Counted from the stretch's first letter, positions 23,661-36,297 are shown. The stretch: 64,000 nt of DNA from Histomonas meleagridis 2922-C6/04-290x (GCA_020184695.1 JAANOX010000061.1:496001-560000), one strand, 5' to 3'. Numbers and translations: made by a program. The notes: generated by a model from the letters alone, not told the origin.

Positions 23661-24544
23661 TTCCTGTCAGTTATATACCTCGTATACGAGCAAATAGACC
23701 TGGTGAAATGAGTAATCTTGAAAAAGAATATTTTGGGAAAAAATAGATGGAGAAATGTTTTGTTGATAGATTTAGTTGTAGATAAAGTGAATTGTTTATT
23801 AATTGATTGTTAGTAGATTACTTAATGCGTAGCGGAGCAGCTTGTCTGCGATTATTAACGACTTCATTATGATTACTTCTTTATACTGATTACTTCTTTA
23901 TTATATTTATCCTTTATTATGATTCTATCTTTATCATATTTACTTCTTCGATTTTGACTCCATTTCTATTATTTTTTTTGACTAACCCCTGCAAGAAATT
24001 ATAAACATTTCAATGCTTCCTTTATTTGCACACTCACTTTTGCTTTACATGAATTCATCCAAACTCACAGTTGTTGATGGGTGTGCTGCTCCCCTACCTC
24101 CAACACAAAAGAAGAAAAGAAAGATGAAGAAGAATTTATTGAGTTGGCATGTGATTTTGATGATCTCTTCGATCGAATAAAAAATGAATTATTCAAAATT
24201 GTGTTTTTTATTCTCAGTAGTTGGTGATATTTGCATTAAAGGTAAGTAATATATTTTCGAAAATTGAAATGAATATAAAGAATCCCTAATTTAGTGCCTA
24301 ACTCTATTTTTTGATGGAACCTTGAATAAGATTTTAAGAAAATATATCAAGGATGCATTTTATCACCGAAGACATCTTTTTTATAAAAAAAACTTGGAAG
24401 ATCATTCATCGGAAAAAACCTCAAATAAACTATGTAAATATTGATTCACTTTAATTCAAAATATTAATTGAGATAATTCATTCCAAAATTGGTATTTCCA
24501 TTTCACATGATATTTCATTGGCATAACGTATTTTCTGCACAACA

Positions 24545-25942
24545 ATGAGCAGAATACAAACAACGAAGAACACGAAAAGGATTCAGCCCACTGTCATATC
24601 ACCACGAAGCTCACAAAAGCCCGTGAAAAAGTTATCACGCAAAGACATTGATAGTTCAAGTCATCGTTTATCTCGTGTTCCCCAAAAATTTGCGCCAAAC
24701 AAAGCAGTTCAACGTGAAAACGCCGAATCGTTTGCCGAAAAGTATTTTCGTGAAAATCCAGATGCCAAAGATTCCACACAACCAGATGAAAAACTCAAAG
24801 CAATTGAAGAAAAGCTTGAACAAGAAGACGTTGAGCAACCAGAGAAGTTCAAACTTCTTGTTCAGCAAAAAGCGTTACGATTTATAATCTATGGGGAAAA
24901 TTCCGTTCAAGCGCTTCGTTCGTATACTGCTCTTGGCGTTTTCTACAACCAAAACTACAGGCCAAACTCCGCATTACGCCATCTTTCGAAAGCGCATCAA
25001 CTTGAAGAGATGGTTGAAATTGAAGAAGAAGAATCGATTGTTATTGCAGTTGAAACAGCCATAGCGCATCTTGCATTACGTAATAACCAGCAAAGTAACT
25101 CTATTAAGCGCGCTAACCTTGCGGAGAGAGCTATTTCCAAATACAAAGATTGCGACATCGAAAATCCAATGCTTCGTTATAAAAGAGATATATCTAAAGC
25201 CCGAATATATGCAACGCGCGGACATTTCGATGATGCGATTAACTCATATGAAGAAGCATGGAATGCACTTGATGAAGCAAATAATGGAGAAGAGAAAGAA
25301 GAAACTGCGCAATTGTTCGAGGAATTGAGCGAAGCATGTGAATTTGCTGAAAAGATGAAAAAGGCAAAAGAAAATTATAAAAGAGCTTCTGAGATATATG
25401 AAAACCTTGGAATGGATCAATATGCTGATGATCTTAAACAGAAATATGAAAATATTGAAGATGTTGAAGAAGAAGATTCAAGTGAAAGTGAAGATAGTTC
25501 AACTTCTTATTCAGATAATAGTAACAATAATAATGAGTATGATGATAAAAGCGATTCAAACAAAGAAAATTATCATTCAAGTGATAATAAAAGTATTAAA
25601 AGTGATTCAAATAAAGATGAAAATGAAAATAGTGAATCGAATAAAGATGAAAATAAAAGTAATGAATCAAATGATGATAAAAAAAGTGAAAGTTCAAGTA
25701 AATCAAGTTCATCATCAAAGAAAGAAAAAAATGATGAACAAAATAGTGAAAAAAGTATATCAAGTGATACAAATAATAAAATGGAAAATGAACAGAATGA
25801 AGAATTATCAGATAATGATCATCAACAAAGTAATAAATCAGATGAAAATGAACAGAGTGATAAATCAGAAAAAGATACAAGCGAAAAATCAAATTCTGAT
25901 GATACAGATCACTTTGAAGATGAAGAATTTGATGAATTTTAA
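24545..25942 (+). CDS. TPR-like helical repeat protein (TTC23-like) with acidic Ser/Asn low-complexity tail
   Basis: Intact 465-aa ORF; TPR-like helices (YTALGVFY, ARIYATRGHFDDAINSYEEA, AKENYKRASEIYENLG); D/E/S/N/K-rich C-terminus. Confidence 0.75.
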   Translation: MSRIQTTKNTKRIQPTVISPRSSQKPVKKLSRKDIDSSSHRLSRVPQKFAPNKAVQRENAESFAEKYFRENPDAKDSTQPDEKLKAIEEKLEQEDVEQPEKFKLLVQQKALRFIIYGENSVQALRSYTALGVFYNQNYRPNSALRHLSKAHQLEEMVEIEEEESIVIAVETAIAHLALRNNQQSNSIKRANLAERAISKYKDCDIENPMLRYKRDISKARIYATRGHFDDAINSYEEAWNALDEANNGEEKEETAQLFEELSEACEFAEKMKKAKENYKRASEIYENLGMDQYADDLKQKYENIEDVEEEDSSESEDSSTSYSDNSNNNNEYDDKSDSNKENYHSSDNKSIKSDSNKDENENSESNKDENKSNESNDDKKSESSSKSSSSSKKEKNDEQNSEKSISSDTNNKMENEQNEELSDNDHQQSNKSDENEQSDKSEKDTSEKSNSDDTDHFEDEEFDEF

Positions 25943-26052
25943 AAATATTTAAATGAATAAATTTATAAATTTGTCGTAAAAGAAATTTTTTGTTTATGCT
26001 GACGATCGAAATTAATTCAAAAAGTTGTTGGCTCTAAAAAGTGCTAATTTTC

Positions 26053-26619
26053 ATGCCTAAAGTTTTAATCTTTCTACACGGGAAAAATGGATTTGGAACA
26101 AATGTATGGTTCAAAACTGCAATACCTGTTGCAGAATCTATGGGGGCTGAAGTCATTTCTCCTTCTTTTCCAAATCCTAAAGATCCTAAATATGATGAAT
26201 GGGAAAGCATGCTTTTGCCAATATTAAAAGAAAATTGGGAAGGAAATGAATTATATTTTGTAACCCACTCAATGGGAGGATATTTTCTCCTTAGATTTCT
26301 TGGAAACTTTGCAAATGAAGAATGGGTAACTACAATCAAAGGAGTTATTTTAGTAGGATCTTCGTCAACAAAACGACCAGAATACATGCAATTTTACGAT
26401 GAAGATATTAAATGGGATAATGTTCATTCTTTACCAATTCAATTTGTACTTATGTATAGTAAAGATGATCCAATAATCAAAGAAGAACATCAAATATTGA
26501 TCAAGCAAAAACTTGGTGACAAACCTAACTTCGAATATCACGAGTTAGATGGATATGGTCACTTTATGGGAAAAGAATATCAAGAAATTAATTATGCAAT
26601 TCGAGAAATGCTTAAATAA
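26053..26619 (+). CDS. Alpha/beta serine hydrolase, RBBP9/YdeN family
   Basis: LHG oxyanion motif, nucleophile elbow THSMGG, SKDDP (Asp), GYGHF (His). ATG at 26053. Confidence 0.85.
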   Translation: MPKVLIFLHGKNGFGTNVWFKTAIPVAESMGAEVISPSFPNPKDPKYDEWESMLLPILKENWEGNELYFVTHSMGGYFLLRFLGNFANEEWVTTIKGVILVGSSSTKRPEYMQFYDEDIKWDNVHSLPIQFVLMYSKDDPIIKEEHQILIKQKLGDKPNFEYHELDGYGHFMGKEYQEINYAIREMLK

Positions 26620-26935
26620 AATGTTTAATTTTTTTCTTCTTAATAATTTAATTAAATATGTGAAAAGTTCTAAAATTTCATAGCTTAATTAATTAATCCA
26701 AATCATCAAAGGAAACATTGTTTATTCTTAAAAGAAATTCATTTTTAGGGTATATCAAAATTTACAAATGAAAAATATATGAGAGAATGATAGATAAAAA
26801 AAAATGTGCACGCACTTCGTTATGTTGCACTAAAAACAATTCTTAAAATTATGTTTAATACAAGTTCTGTATGCCCGTGTGTTGATGCACTTTTCCGTAT
26901 GGAACGGGAATGCACATCAAAAAAGAAACTGGAGT

Positions 26936-27586
26936 ATGACTGAAAACGAAGAAGTAAACAATTTCGACGGGATTCCATTAGCTGAAATTGGTGAAGCTAT
27001 TTTTGGAGTATATTTGCAAAAAGGATCTTCAGCTATAATTAAGGATATTCCTGAAAAAAAAGAAACATCAGAAATATTACTTAATGACATTACAGATTTG
27101 ATATGTGAAGACTGTGAAAAGTGTGATGACAAATGGGCGAACGAATTAACAGATAAAATTCAAAATTTAAATGGAAATGATTTAAAATCGAATGGAAAAC
27201 TGATATGTATTTCCCTTATCGAAATCATCAGAAGCTTACATCAGAAAATTAGTGAAACAAAGAATAATAACTCGGGTTTTCATTTGCCAATAAATGAAGG
27301 CATAATACCTTTTGATATTGGCCTGAATTTACTTAAATGTTCATCTGATTCCGAAATAAATGATTATGACAAGAGTACTAAGGCATTATTGGATTTTGCT
27401 TCGGAACAATCTCGAAATGAAATTAATGAAATTGAACTTAATACAAAAATTATGAACGAAAGATTTTTAAAATCTGCCAGGAAAACAAAAAAACTGATTG
27501 AAGAAATGAAAATGAGCAAAGAAAATTTGATAAGAGAAGATACAATTCCAAAATCAAATTCTTTTGTTTCCAAAATGGAACTATAA
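26936..27586 (+). CDS. Hypothetical helical/coiled-coil protein
   Basis: Intact ORF; likely ATG at 26936; stop overlaps TAAA. Confidence 0.6.
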   Translation: MTENEEVNNFDGIPLAEIGEAIFGVYLQKGSSAIIKDIPEKKETSEILLNDITDLICEDCEKCDDKWANELTDKIQNLNGNDLKSNGKLICISLIEIIRSLHQKISETKNNNSGFHLPINEGIIPFDIGLNLLKCSSDSEINDYDKSTKALLDFASEQSRNEINEIELNTKIMNERFLKSARKTKKLIEEMKMSKENLIREDTIPKSNSFVSKMEL

Positions 27587-28472
27587 AAACCTTTGTAAAA
27601 TAACACTCCAAATTTATTAAAATATTTTTTGTTATCTTTTAATGAGTGGATTTTTTGTGAATTTGCATTTTTGTGGAAACAACTTCAAAAACGTTTTTGT
27701 TTTGAGACCCCCTAAATACGATTAAATTTTACACAATATCAAGCGGGTTTTCCATTCTTTTATCAACTAATGAGTGAATTCGATTTTCTGTAAACTTGTG
27801 AACAAAATGTAAACCAATGAAAATTTGAATGTTTGACTCTACAATTCCTTTTGTTCCCGAAGTTTGGTGAAAAAAAGAAAAGAAGAAAGCAACATAAAAT
27901 TATAAATGTACTAAAATGATTGGAAAATAAAATAATAAATTTTGTCATCAATATGAAGCTGTTATGCCTCATTTTATTTCATTTCATGAAAGAAAAATAT
28001 TCTATACGAAATCGAAATGAATGGAAGACCATTTTGTCAATTAAGTAATATAATATTTAATAAAATTGATTAATTTCGGTGATCACCAACAAGTTTATTA
28101 AATAAATATATTAACTTAAATGGCGATCAAATGATATACATATCGTTTATACCAAAAAAGTATCTGTTAAATATCATAGCCATAACATTGTATCATATTT
28201 AGAAAAAGCTTGTATGAAAATTAAAAATGAGATTAATAAACCAATAAAAATTGAAAAATGTTTCAATCAAATATAACAAAGGATCGTGTTTTCAATATTA
28301 ATGTTTTAGAATAAATTAATAGAATTCATGTTATCATAAATAGAAATGTTTTTTAATTGAAATCATTTTGAAACGCAAAAAATTTATTTTGAAGAGTGAG
28401 AAATACTCTAAAAACAATATTTACTGTTTATTCTATTAAAATTTATATATATGCAACATATTTATGTTATAA

Positions 28473-29751
28473 TAGGGGGTCCCACTTTTTCGTAGAATCT
28501 CAATGCATAAAAGAAAACAGTAAAATCACGACGTTATATCAAATAATTTTTGAATGAATTATCTTTAAAATGCTATAAATATTATTTAATTATTTTTATT
28601 ATATATTGAGAAAATGTGTTTTTAAATTTAGTACGAAGACCGTTGAGGGTAAAAAAAAATATTAGTCAAAGGATATCATCATTAATCTATACAAACAAGG
28701 GTGCAATCATCAACAAATTTCAGACATATATAAAATGAAGTTTGGTGAGAGTGCCTACAAGTCATCCACAATATATATATGGATGAAAGAAGCGAAGTTC
28801 AATCTCCCACTTGCAAATTGTCGTCTCGATGAAGAAGAAGATAAAAATACCATAGACGAACAACTTTTATTAAGAATTCAGCAAATATTAGAAGATAAGC
28901 CTTTTTCATCAATACGAAGTATTGCATCAGTTCTTAACACACCCAAATGCACAATTCATCGCTACATGACAGTACATCTTAAGCTAGTATATAGGCATAC
29001 ACGTTGGCTTACCCACTTTTTAAATATTGATCAAAAAAATGTAAGAATCCAAAAGTGCAAAAAACTTTTAAGCATAATCAATTCATGCAATCGCAATTCT
29101 TTCGATAACCTTATAACAGGGGATCAATCGTGGTTTTTATATATATATATCAAAATTAATTCTGAAAGGAGAAACCAATTAAAGACAATTTTGATATTAA
29201 TATTTCAAAAATTATGTTCACAATAATTTGGGATGTTTGGGGATTTCACATCGTAAACATGACTCCAAATGGTACTTCATATTATGACCAATATTTCATT
29301 GATGATATTATGGTGCCATTGAATGAAAAAAGTAATATAATCTGGCCAGGGAGGGTAAAACATAAAATATGGCTCCATCTCGATAATCGTGAAGTTAACA
29401 ATTCTCGACGTACAAAAACTTTTATCAACAAATCTCCATATAAAATAACCCCTCACCCATCTCATTCCCCAGATATTGCCCCATCCAACTTCTTCTTATT
29501 TGGGTATGTAAAAGAAAAGCTCAAAGGGCATTCATTCGATACCCCAGATAATCTTTTCGAAGCGATACCGAAATTTCAACTCAAATTTCACACGAAACTT
29601 TGATTCAAGTTGTTAAAGAATGGGAGATAAGATGCAACTGGATAATTGAGCACAATGGTGAATATTTTCATGCTGAATAAAATAATGATAATTAACGATT
29701 ATTTTAATATTGTTTATTCATTGAGATTCTACGATAATGTGGGACATACTA
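28473..29751 (+). mobile_element. Mariner (DD34D-class) DNA transposon, full length but defective
   Basis: TIR core GTCCCAC(T/A)TT(T/A)TCGTAGAATCTCAATG(C/A)ATAAA at about 28479-28511 and inverted at about 29713-29745; TA flanks the right end. Transposase motifs FGESAY, TGDQSWF, WLHLDN, HPSHSPDIAPSNFFLFG, with a frameshift near 29150-29215. Confidence 0.9.
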
Positions 29752-30239
29752 TAATATTCTTATTATGAGGATAAGCATTTTCTATTCATATAATGATGTT
29801 TATCTATAAAATTATAGTTACATTCAGTGTATTTATTATTATGATAATTTAGAACCAAACATCGGAGAAACTATGTTTTCATCAGTTAATGTTATGATTA
29901 TTTAACATATGAATAAACAACATTTGATATATTTTCAGTCAATCATGTATATAATGCAGATGTTTGTGCATAATTTCCAACAAAATCATTATCAATTTCA
30001 AATTCTATTACACTCACAATATATAATTCATTTACAATATCACTTCATAGTGGTTTGGCTTTCACTTTCATTCTTAACTATTTATGAAATACAAAGAAAT
30101 AATTTTCATTATATTTAAGTGATTCAACGATTTCATATCTTGAAACAGAATTTTTTTTCATTAAGCAATTGTCATTTACACTTCATTTTTTTTTATATTC
30201 CGGAATAAAACAACAGGTAATAATTTCAATGAAAATATA

Positions 30240-30368
30240 GAAGAAAATAAGAATAGTAATGATAAATAAACCACAAATACATTTACAACAGGAAAGTCTA
30301 TGTCTGGCATCCAAGAAGATCCTTTTGCAGAAGATTTTCAAAAAGATAAATTTATTGAACAAACATAA
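30240..30368 (+). pseudogene. Surface-protein cytosolic tail remnant
   Basis: TTNTFTTGKSMSGIQEDPFAEDFQKDKFIEQT*, matching the tail at 21200-21288. Confidence 0.5.
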
Positions 30369-31029
30369 ATTTACTTGTTATGAAACATATCAATAAAAAT
30401 AATAAATTCGATATTAAAGCTACTTTTCATCATTTCATATCTTATTTTTAAACATATATTTATTATTTAAGTCATAGAGTGAATGTGTTTAATATTTCAT
30501 TAGTAAGATTTAAATAACCAAACTTACATGTTTATGTGTCTTGTTGCTCTCCGAGTTGAATAATCAAATCTTTGGCTTAATTCCTTAATTCCAAAGATAA
30601 ATTAATAATTTATGATATCATAAATCAAATTTAAAATCGGGATTCTTAAATTTATATCAACATAAGTCGTTGTATTATAATTGTTGTTTGATCAATATTT
30701 AATCAAAATTATAATAAACTAATAAATAAAATATTGTTATCTTTATTATGAAATTGAGTGTTTATATCCAAAAATGCATTTTTAACATTAAAGATTAATT
30801 CGAAGTCTATTTTCAAAATTATAAAAGATACATCAAAGAGAATGCTATTCGTATTATGCTTGCAATGTGAAAAAATTGTTACCATTTTTTTCTTAAATTT
30901 ATAATTATTTTAATAAAAAAGTAAATTGATGAGAAATGGCATATATTTGATTTTTTAAAAATATTTTCAGATAATATAAATTTATATATAATTTTTTTAT
31001 TGATAATTAAATTTATAACTATTGCAACA

Positions 31030-33557
31030 TTAAAGGAAGTTAAAGATGGAATTAACCAAAAAAGCTTCAAAAAAACTCTAAAATATCAATTGAATTTTTA
31101 ATTGAAGTAAACAAATATCATTTTCACTCAACTTTATTCCTTCTTGGTTCAAAAGTAATTGTGCAATTTCTTTGTTTCTGTTTATGCATGCCAAAGTCAA
31201 TGCTGTGTCAAATTTGAATAATAAAATCCAATAGTTTTAATAAGACATCAAATTAAAAATAGAGAAATTGATAACAGCCTGAAAATATTTCTAACATTGA
31301 TTTTTAAATTTTTCTTTTTAAGAAGTAATTCAACAATTTTTTGATACCCAAAATTAGATGCATATATAAGTGCAGTATTAAATATTGTGAATAAAATCTA
31401 TAAGATGTTTTTAATCATCTCTATATATATAAACTAAATATTAATATAATTTATTTCTATGGCTTTGTGTGAAAGAAGTCGCTTAACAGAATCAGTACAC
31501 CCATATATACAACCCATCATAAGAGCTGGCATAAATTTTTTAACGAAATATCAAAAATACGACCTAAACATAAAATACATGAAAAAAACTTTAAATAAAG
31601 AAATTGAAGGTTCGTAGCATTAACATCAATTTTCTCTTGTGAAAGTAGCATTTCAACTATTCGTACAAAATCAAATCGAACAGCCAATAAAAGTCCAGTT
31701 ATATATGTTTCAAAAGAATTCCAAATATACTTTTGGCATTTATATCAATTTTTGGATGATTAAGAAGTAACTTAACAATTTCAACATTACCTCTTTCGCA
31801 TGCATACATTAATGGAGTTTCAAATATTATCTAATAAGTCCAAATAAAATGGTAAAACAATAATATCTTTACATAAACATCAAATAAAACTGGAAAATAT
31901 TCTTAACGTTAACATCAATTTCCGAATGATTAAGAAGCAATTTAGCAATTTCTATGTGGTTATTTTGTGCTGCAAACATGAGAGGAGCAGCATAAAATTT
32001 AAGTAGATCTTGAATATAAATTAGGAATTAATATCATAATTATATTTCATTGTCTTTTAGATTTACATCAATTTCATTTTGATTAAGAAGTAATCTCACA
32101 ATTTCAGTATTCCCTGAACTAGATGCACATAAAAGTGCAGTTGTAAATGAAACAAAAAAATCCAAATATTAAGCAAAAACTTCTAATGAATATTATAGAC
32201 ATTAACATAAAATATAAAAAAACGGATTTTTCATTTATGTTTACATCTTTATGAGAAAGAATTAGCCTGACTATTTCAGTATTACCTTTGCCTGATGCCT
32301 TTATAAGTGCAGTATGAAATTAATTTGGTAAATTCCAAATAAAACCAAAAAATATTGAACTATAAAAATAAACATTAATATCAAAATAGAAATATCTTTT
32401 GCATTTATATCAACTTCAATATTATTAAAAACGTATTGTGCAAGTTCTATATTATCAGACATTGCAGCTGATAAAAAAATATCTTTTGGTAATTCAATTC
32501 CTTTGTTTAGTATATATGAAATAAGTGGAGTGTTTCCAATGATTGCTGCACTATGCAATAGAACATTATTTAATTTCATTCCTTTATTAAGTAAATAGAA
32601 AAAAATTTCGTAATTATTAGATATAATACATCTCTTTCCCAACGAAGTTAAATTTTTAAATTTTCCTATTTCACTTTTAAAAATACTTTTAAAAACTTCA
32701 TTTTGGTGGAAATATATTGCTATTTTAAGTGTATGATCAAAAGACAAATTGTATTTACGACAAAGATCAATAATTTCTAAGTTTCCACCTGCAACAGCAT
32801 ATTTTGTAACAATAGATGTATCAGCGCCATTAAATAATAAAAATTTAAAGCATTTTAATGACCCATATAAAGCAGCATAATCAATTAAAGAAACACAATC
32901 AAATTTACCTTCATAAAACCTTTCATAAAGAGAAGGAATTTTTTGGTTAATATTGAAATTATGTTTTTTGGAAATTTCACTTAATTTATCTAAATCATCA
33001 TTCCGTATAATAACTGCAATTTTTTTATGATTGACTCCAAAATGAGCTAACAACCTTTGAAGTTTCCAATTATCGGCTGATAAAATTTCAATTTTGGGTG
33101 AAAATTGATTTAAGAAAGGTCCATCTTTCAATTTTATGATATCTTCATTTGTTTTATAATGTGCAAAATATAAGGAACTTTTCTTGCGAACTATATGAGA
33201 AAGGATTATCCCTTGTTCAATCATTCTTTCAAGAAGAAAATCTGTTCCCATTGAATTCATTAAATTGATAATGTGTAAAAGAATTTTGCTTAAATCACAA
33301 TCAATAAGTTTTTTTTCTCTTTCTTTGGATTCAAGTTCCTTCATATATTGAAAATATACATCTGGGTCTTTTTTTTGAGTCATAGAATAAACACATATTA
33401 TATGACAAATTGTGTAGTTGAAAGATAAAGGATAATCATGTTCAAATATTTCAATAGTTGATTCAACAGATGGACGAATATTGAAATAACTGAGTCGGGA
33501 AATAATATCATGAAGTATTTTTAAACGTAAAATTATATCACTTTGTTGTTCATCCAT
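31030..33557 (-). CDS. DUF3447-type ankyrin repeat protein A; C-terminal repeats interrupted by nine AT-rich inserts
   Basis: ORF from ATG 33557 with SLIDYAALYGSLKCFKFLL and YAVAGGNLEII. Then eight exact 90-nt ankyrin modules (e.g. TALIKASGKGNTEIVRLILSHKDVNINEKS) separated by 29-82 nt inserts. Confidence 0.75.
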
Positions 33558-34702
33558 TTTATTATGATATACAAGAACAAAACAGACGGCTGACACTTTA
33601 ACCGTAGTTCATTCTCAAAAAATCATTCAATTTTATCTATCGGAGAAACTTCCAGTTTTTCCTGTAAATTTTCGGTTATTTTTTCTGATATTTATTCTTT
33701 ACGTGTACTGATTAAAACTCTTCAAATTTAATGGTTTACTTGTGCACTTTTTTCCTATATCATGTCAACAGGTCGATCACGCTGCGAGATCCCACATATA
33801 CTAATATTCTCTTTTTTATTTTTTTTTCTTTCTTTTTTCTCTTTTCTTCACTCTTAATTTTTTTATTATCCTTTATTCTTTTATTTTAAAATAAAATTTT
33901 TTTTTTACTTATTAATTTACATACTTTTACTAATTAATTTTTATTAAATTCATTATTTCGAATATTCCTGAAAAATCATTCCCCTTCAATATTATAAAAA
34001 TATAAATCAAAAGCATTATGATTATTTTAGTTTAATGATTTACCTCCCATTATAAATATATGCACAAGATGATTTTTCTGTTAATTGACAAAATAATAAT
34101 TATAAATGTTATTTTTAATCAGTCCCTATATATGTCTTAACATTTCTTCCTACATTATTTATTATATCTCTCACAAAAATCATACATATTATAAATAGTT
34201 AAAAGTTTATGTTTTATAAGTTAATAATATTTTATTAATTATTGTTTTTTTCTAAGTTAATGAAGATCAACATGTAAATTACATCATTCATTAATATTAA
34301 AAAAGTTAGTAAGATGATGGAGACACTTTTTTAGGGAAGCTCAAAAGAAGTCCAAGTACTTGTATTGGTGGAAAATTATCATAATTAATCGAATTCCTAT
34401 TCGAATATATGGTTTTATTATAATATTTTGTAAATTTAAAAAGAATATCGAAAAAATCATTTTTCAAGACGTTTTTGATGAATTATATTCGATTTTTAGT
34501 GAGATATTTAAATTCGTGAAAACATATTTAACTAGCCGAGCTTCTTTTCTATCGTAGTGGTTATATGGTAAAATTACCCTTTTTTCAACGGTTATGAAGG
34601 TAAAAACGATTAGAATTTAACCGTCAAAATGGCAGTTAAAAAATAAACCGTCGTTCGCTCTTTAAAAAGCTGGGAAACTGTGCATTAGTTGAAAACACTG
34701 TA

Positions 34703-36297
34703 ATGTCAAATCACATACATAATGATGATATTACTACCATAAACACAGGAGATCAAAATTTGAATCATTCATCAACATGCTTGAAATCCCTAATTAAACT
34801 TGAAAAAACTATTTTTAGTTTAACTGAAGAAAGCCTTCAGTCTTCTTTTAAAAAAGTATTGGGATTTTTTGATCTAAATTATCCCTATACATTTAATACT
34901 ATTATAAGTAACATCGTTTACAATTCATTTTCGTCACGAAAACAAGTAATTGATGTTTACTTAAATTTTTTAAAAACACTTCAAACGAAAGAAGAAGAAA
35001 TTAATCAAAATATCGTTAAACTAATATCAATATTTATCAAACGTATCTCTACAATGAACACACAAGAATCATATTATTTAATCGAGAAACTAATTGAACA
35101 AAATTTAATTAATAAAAATATCACTAAAAATATTAATTCAAAATATTTTTCTCATTATAAAGCAAAAGAAGAAAACCAAAGACAAACCCAACTGGCAAGA
35201 AATGATCCAATAGAAAGATACTTTATGGATCATTATGAAGAACTTTCAAAGAATGATTGGGAGCTTCATAAGAAGTTAATTAAAGAAGGACATAATCCAA
35301 ATGAAATTGCGAAAATAATTCGAAATGATGAAATAGAAAAACTTCAAGAAATATCATCACAATCAAACTTCGATTTTAATCAAATAATTGAGCCATCAAT
35401 TTATGAAAGATGTTCATTCATTAATCAAAAGAATGTTACATTAATTGATTATGCAGCATTTTTTGGATCAGTTAAATGTTTTAAATATTTACTTATGAAT
35501 GGTGCAAGTATAGAAAATACAGGTAAATATTCGTTGCATGTGGAAATGAAGAAATCATTCATTTATGTGAACAATATCATTCATCATTTGAAGGTGAGTA
35601 TGAGGCAACAATTGAATTCCATCGAAATGATATCTTTAAATATATTTTTGAGAACGAAATAAAAAAAATACAATCAATACCGAAAATGTCTAAAGATAAA
35701 ACAAATGATTTGGTAAGTTTTTGTATTAAAAAAGATAATTATGAAATTTTAGCATTTTTGGAAGAAAAAGGAATTAATATTAATGCTGATAATATAAACG
35801 AATCAGCAAGAAAAGGAAATTTATATCTCGTTAAATGCTTCCTTCATAATAATCAAGTTCCAAAAAATATTTTGTAATATGCTTCAGAATCAGGAAATAT
35901 TGAACTTGTGAAATATGTTTTAGAACAAAAAGGAATTGATGTTAATGCAAAAAATATTTATTTGAATAATTTGGAATATTTTTTAATAATTTGAAATATG
36001 TTTTAATAATTTGAAATATGTTTTAATAATTTGAAATATGTTTTAATAATTTAGAATATGTTTTAATAATTTAGAATATGTTTTAATAATTTGAAACAGC
36101 ACTTCATATAGCAGTTAGAAATAATAATATAGAAATAGTAAAATTACTTTTAGATAAAGGAATTGATGTTATTACAGAAAATATTTATTTGAATAATTTA
36201 TAATATGTTTTAACAATATTTAACTGCAATTCAAATTGCAGAACAAGAAGGATATACAAAAATAGTAAATTTACTTCTTGAAAAAAATACGAACTAA
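34703..36297 (+). pseudogene. DUF3447-type ankyrin repeat protein B (frameshifts plus two hairpin inserts)
   Basis: DPIERYF..LSKNDWELHKKL, TLIDYAAFFGSVKCFKYLLMN. Frameshifts near 35530 and 35660, stop at 35875. Ankyrin modules at 36096-36182 and 36223-36294 end in TAA(A). Confidence 0.7.
35956..36095 (+). repeat. 20-bp minisatellite x7 inside an ankyrin hairpin
   Basis: Unit ATATGTTTTAATAATTT(GA/AG)A; 140 nt in total. Confidence 0.9.

Noticed and set aside
25398-25952. 184-aa M/I/K-rich ORF and antisense ORF 25596-25892
   Set aside because: Alternate-frame shadows of the low-complexity tail of the TPR gene.
31041-32393. Canonical GT-AG or U12 AT-AC introns as explanation of the ankyrin inserts
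   Set aside because: No shared GT/AG ends or trichomonad branch motif; the AT...AC pairs available at the edges give a frameshifted product.
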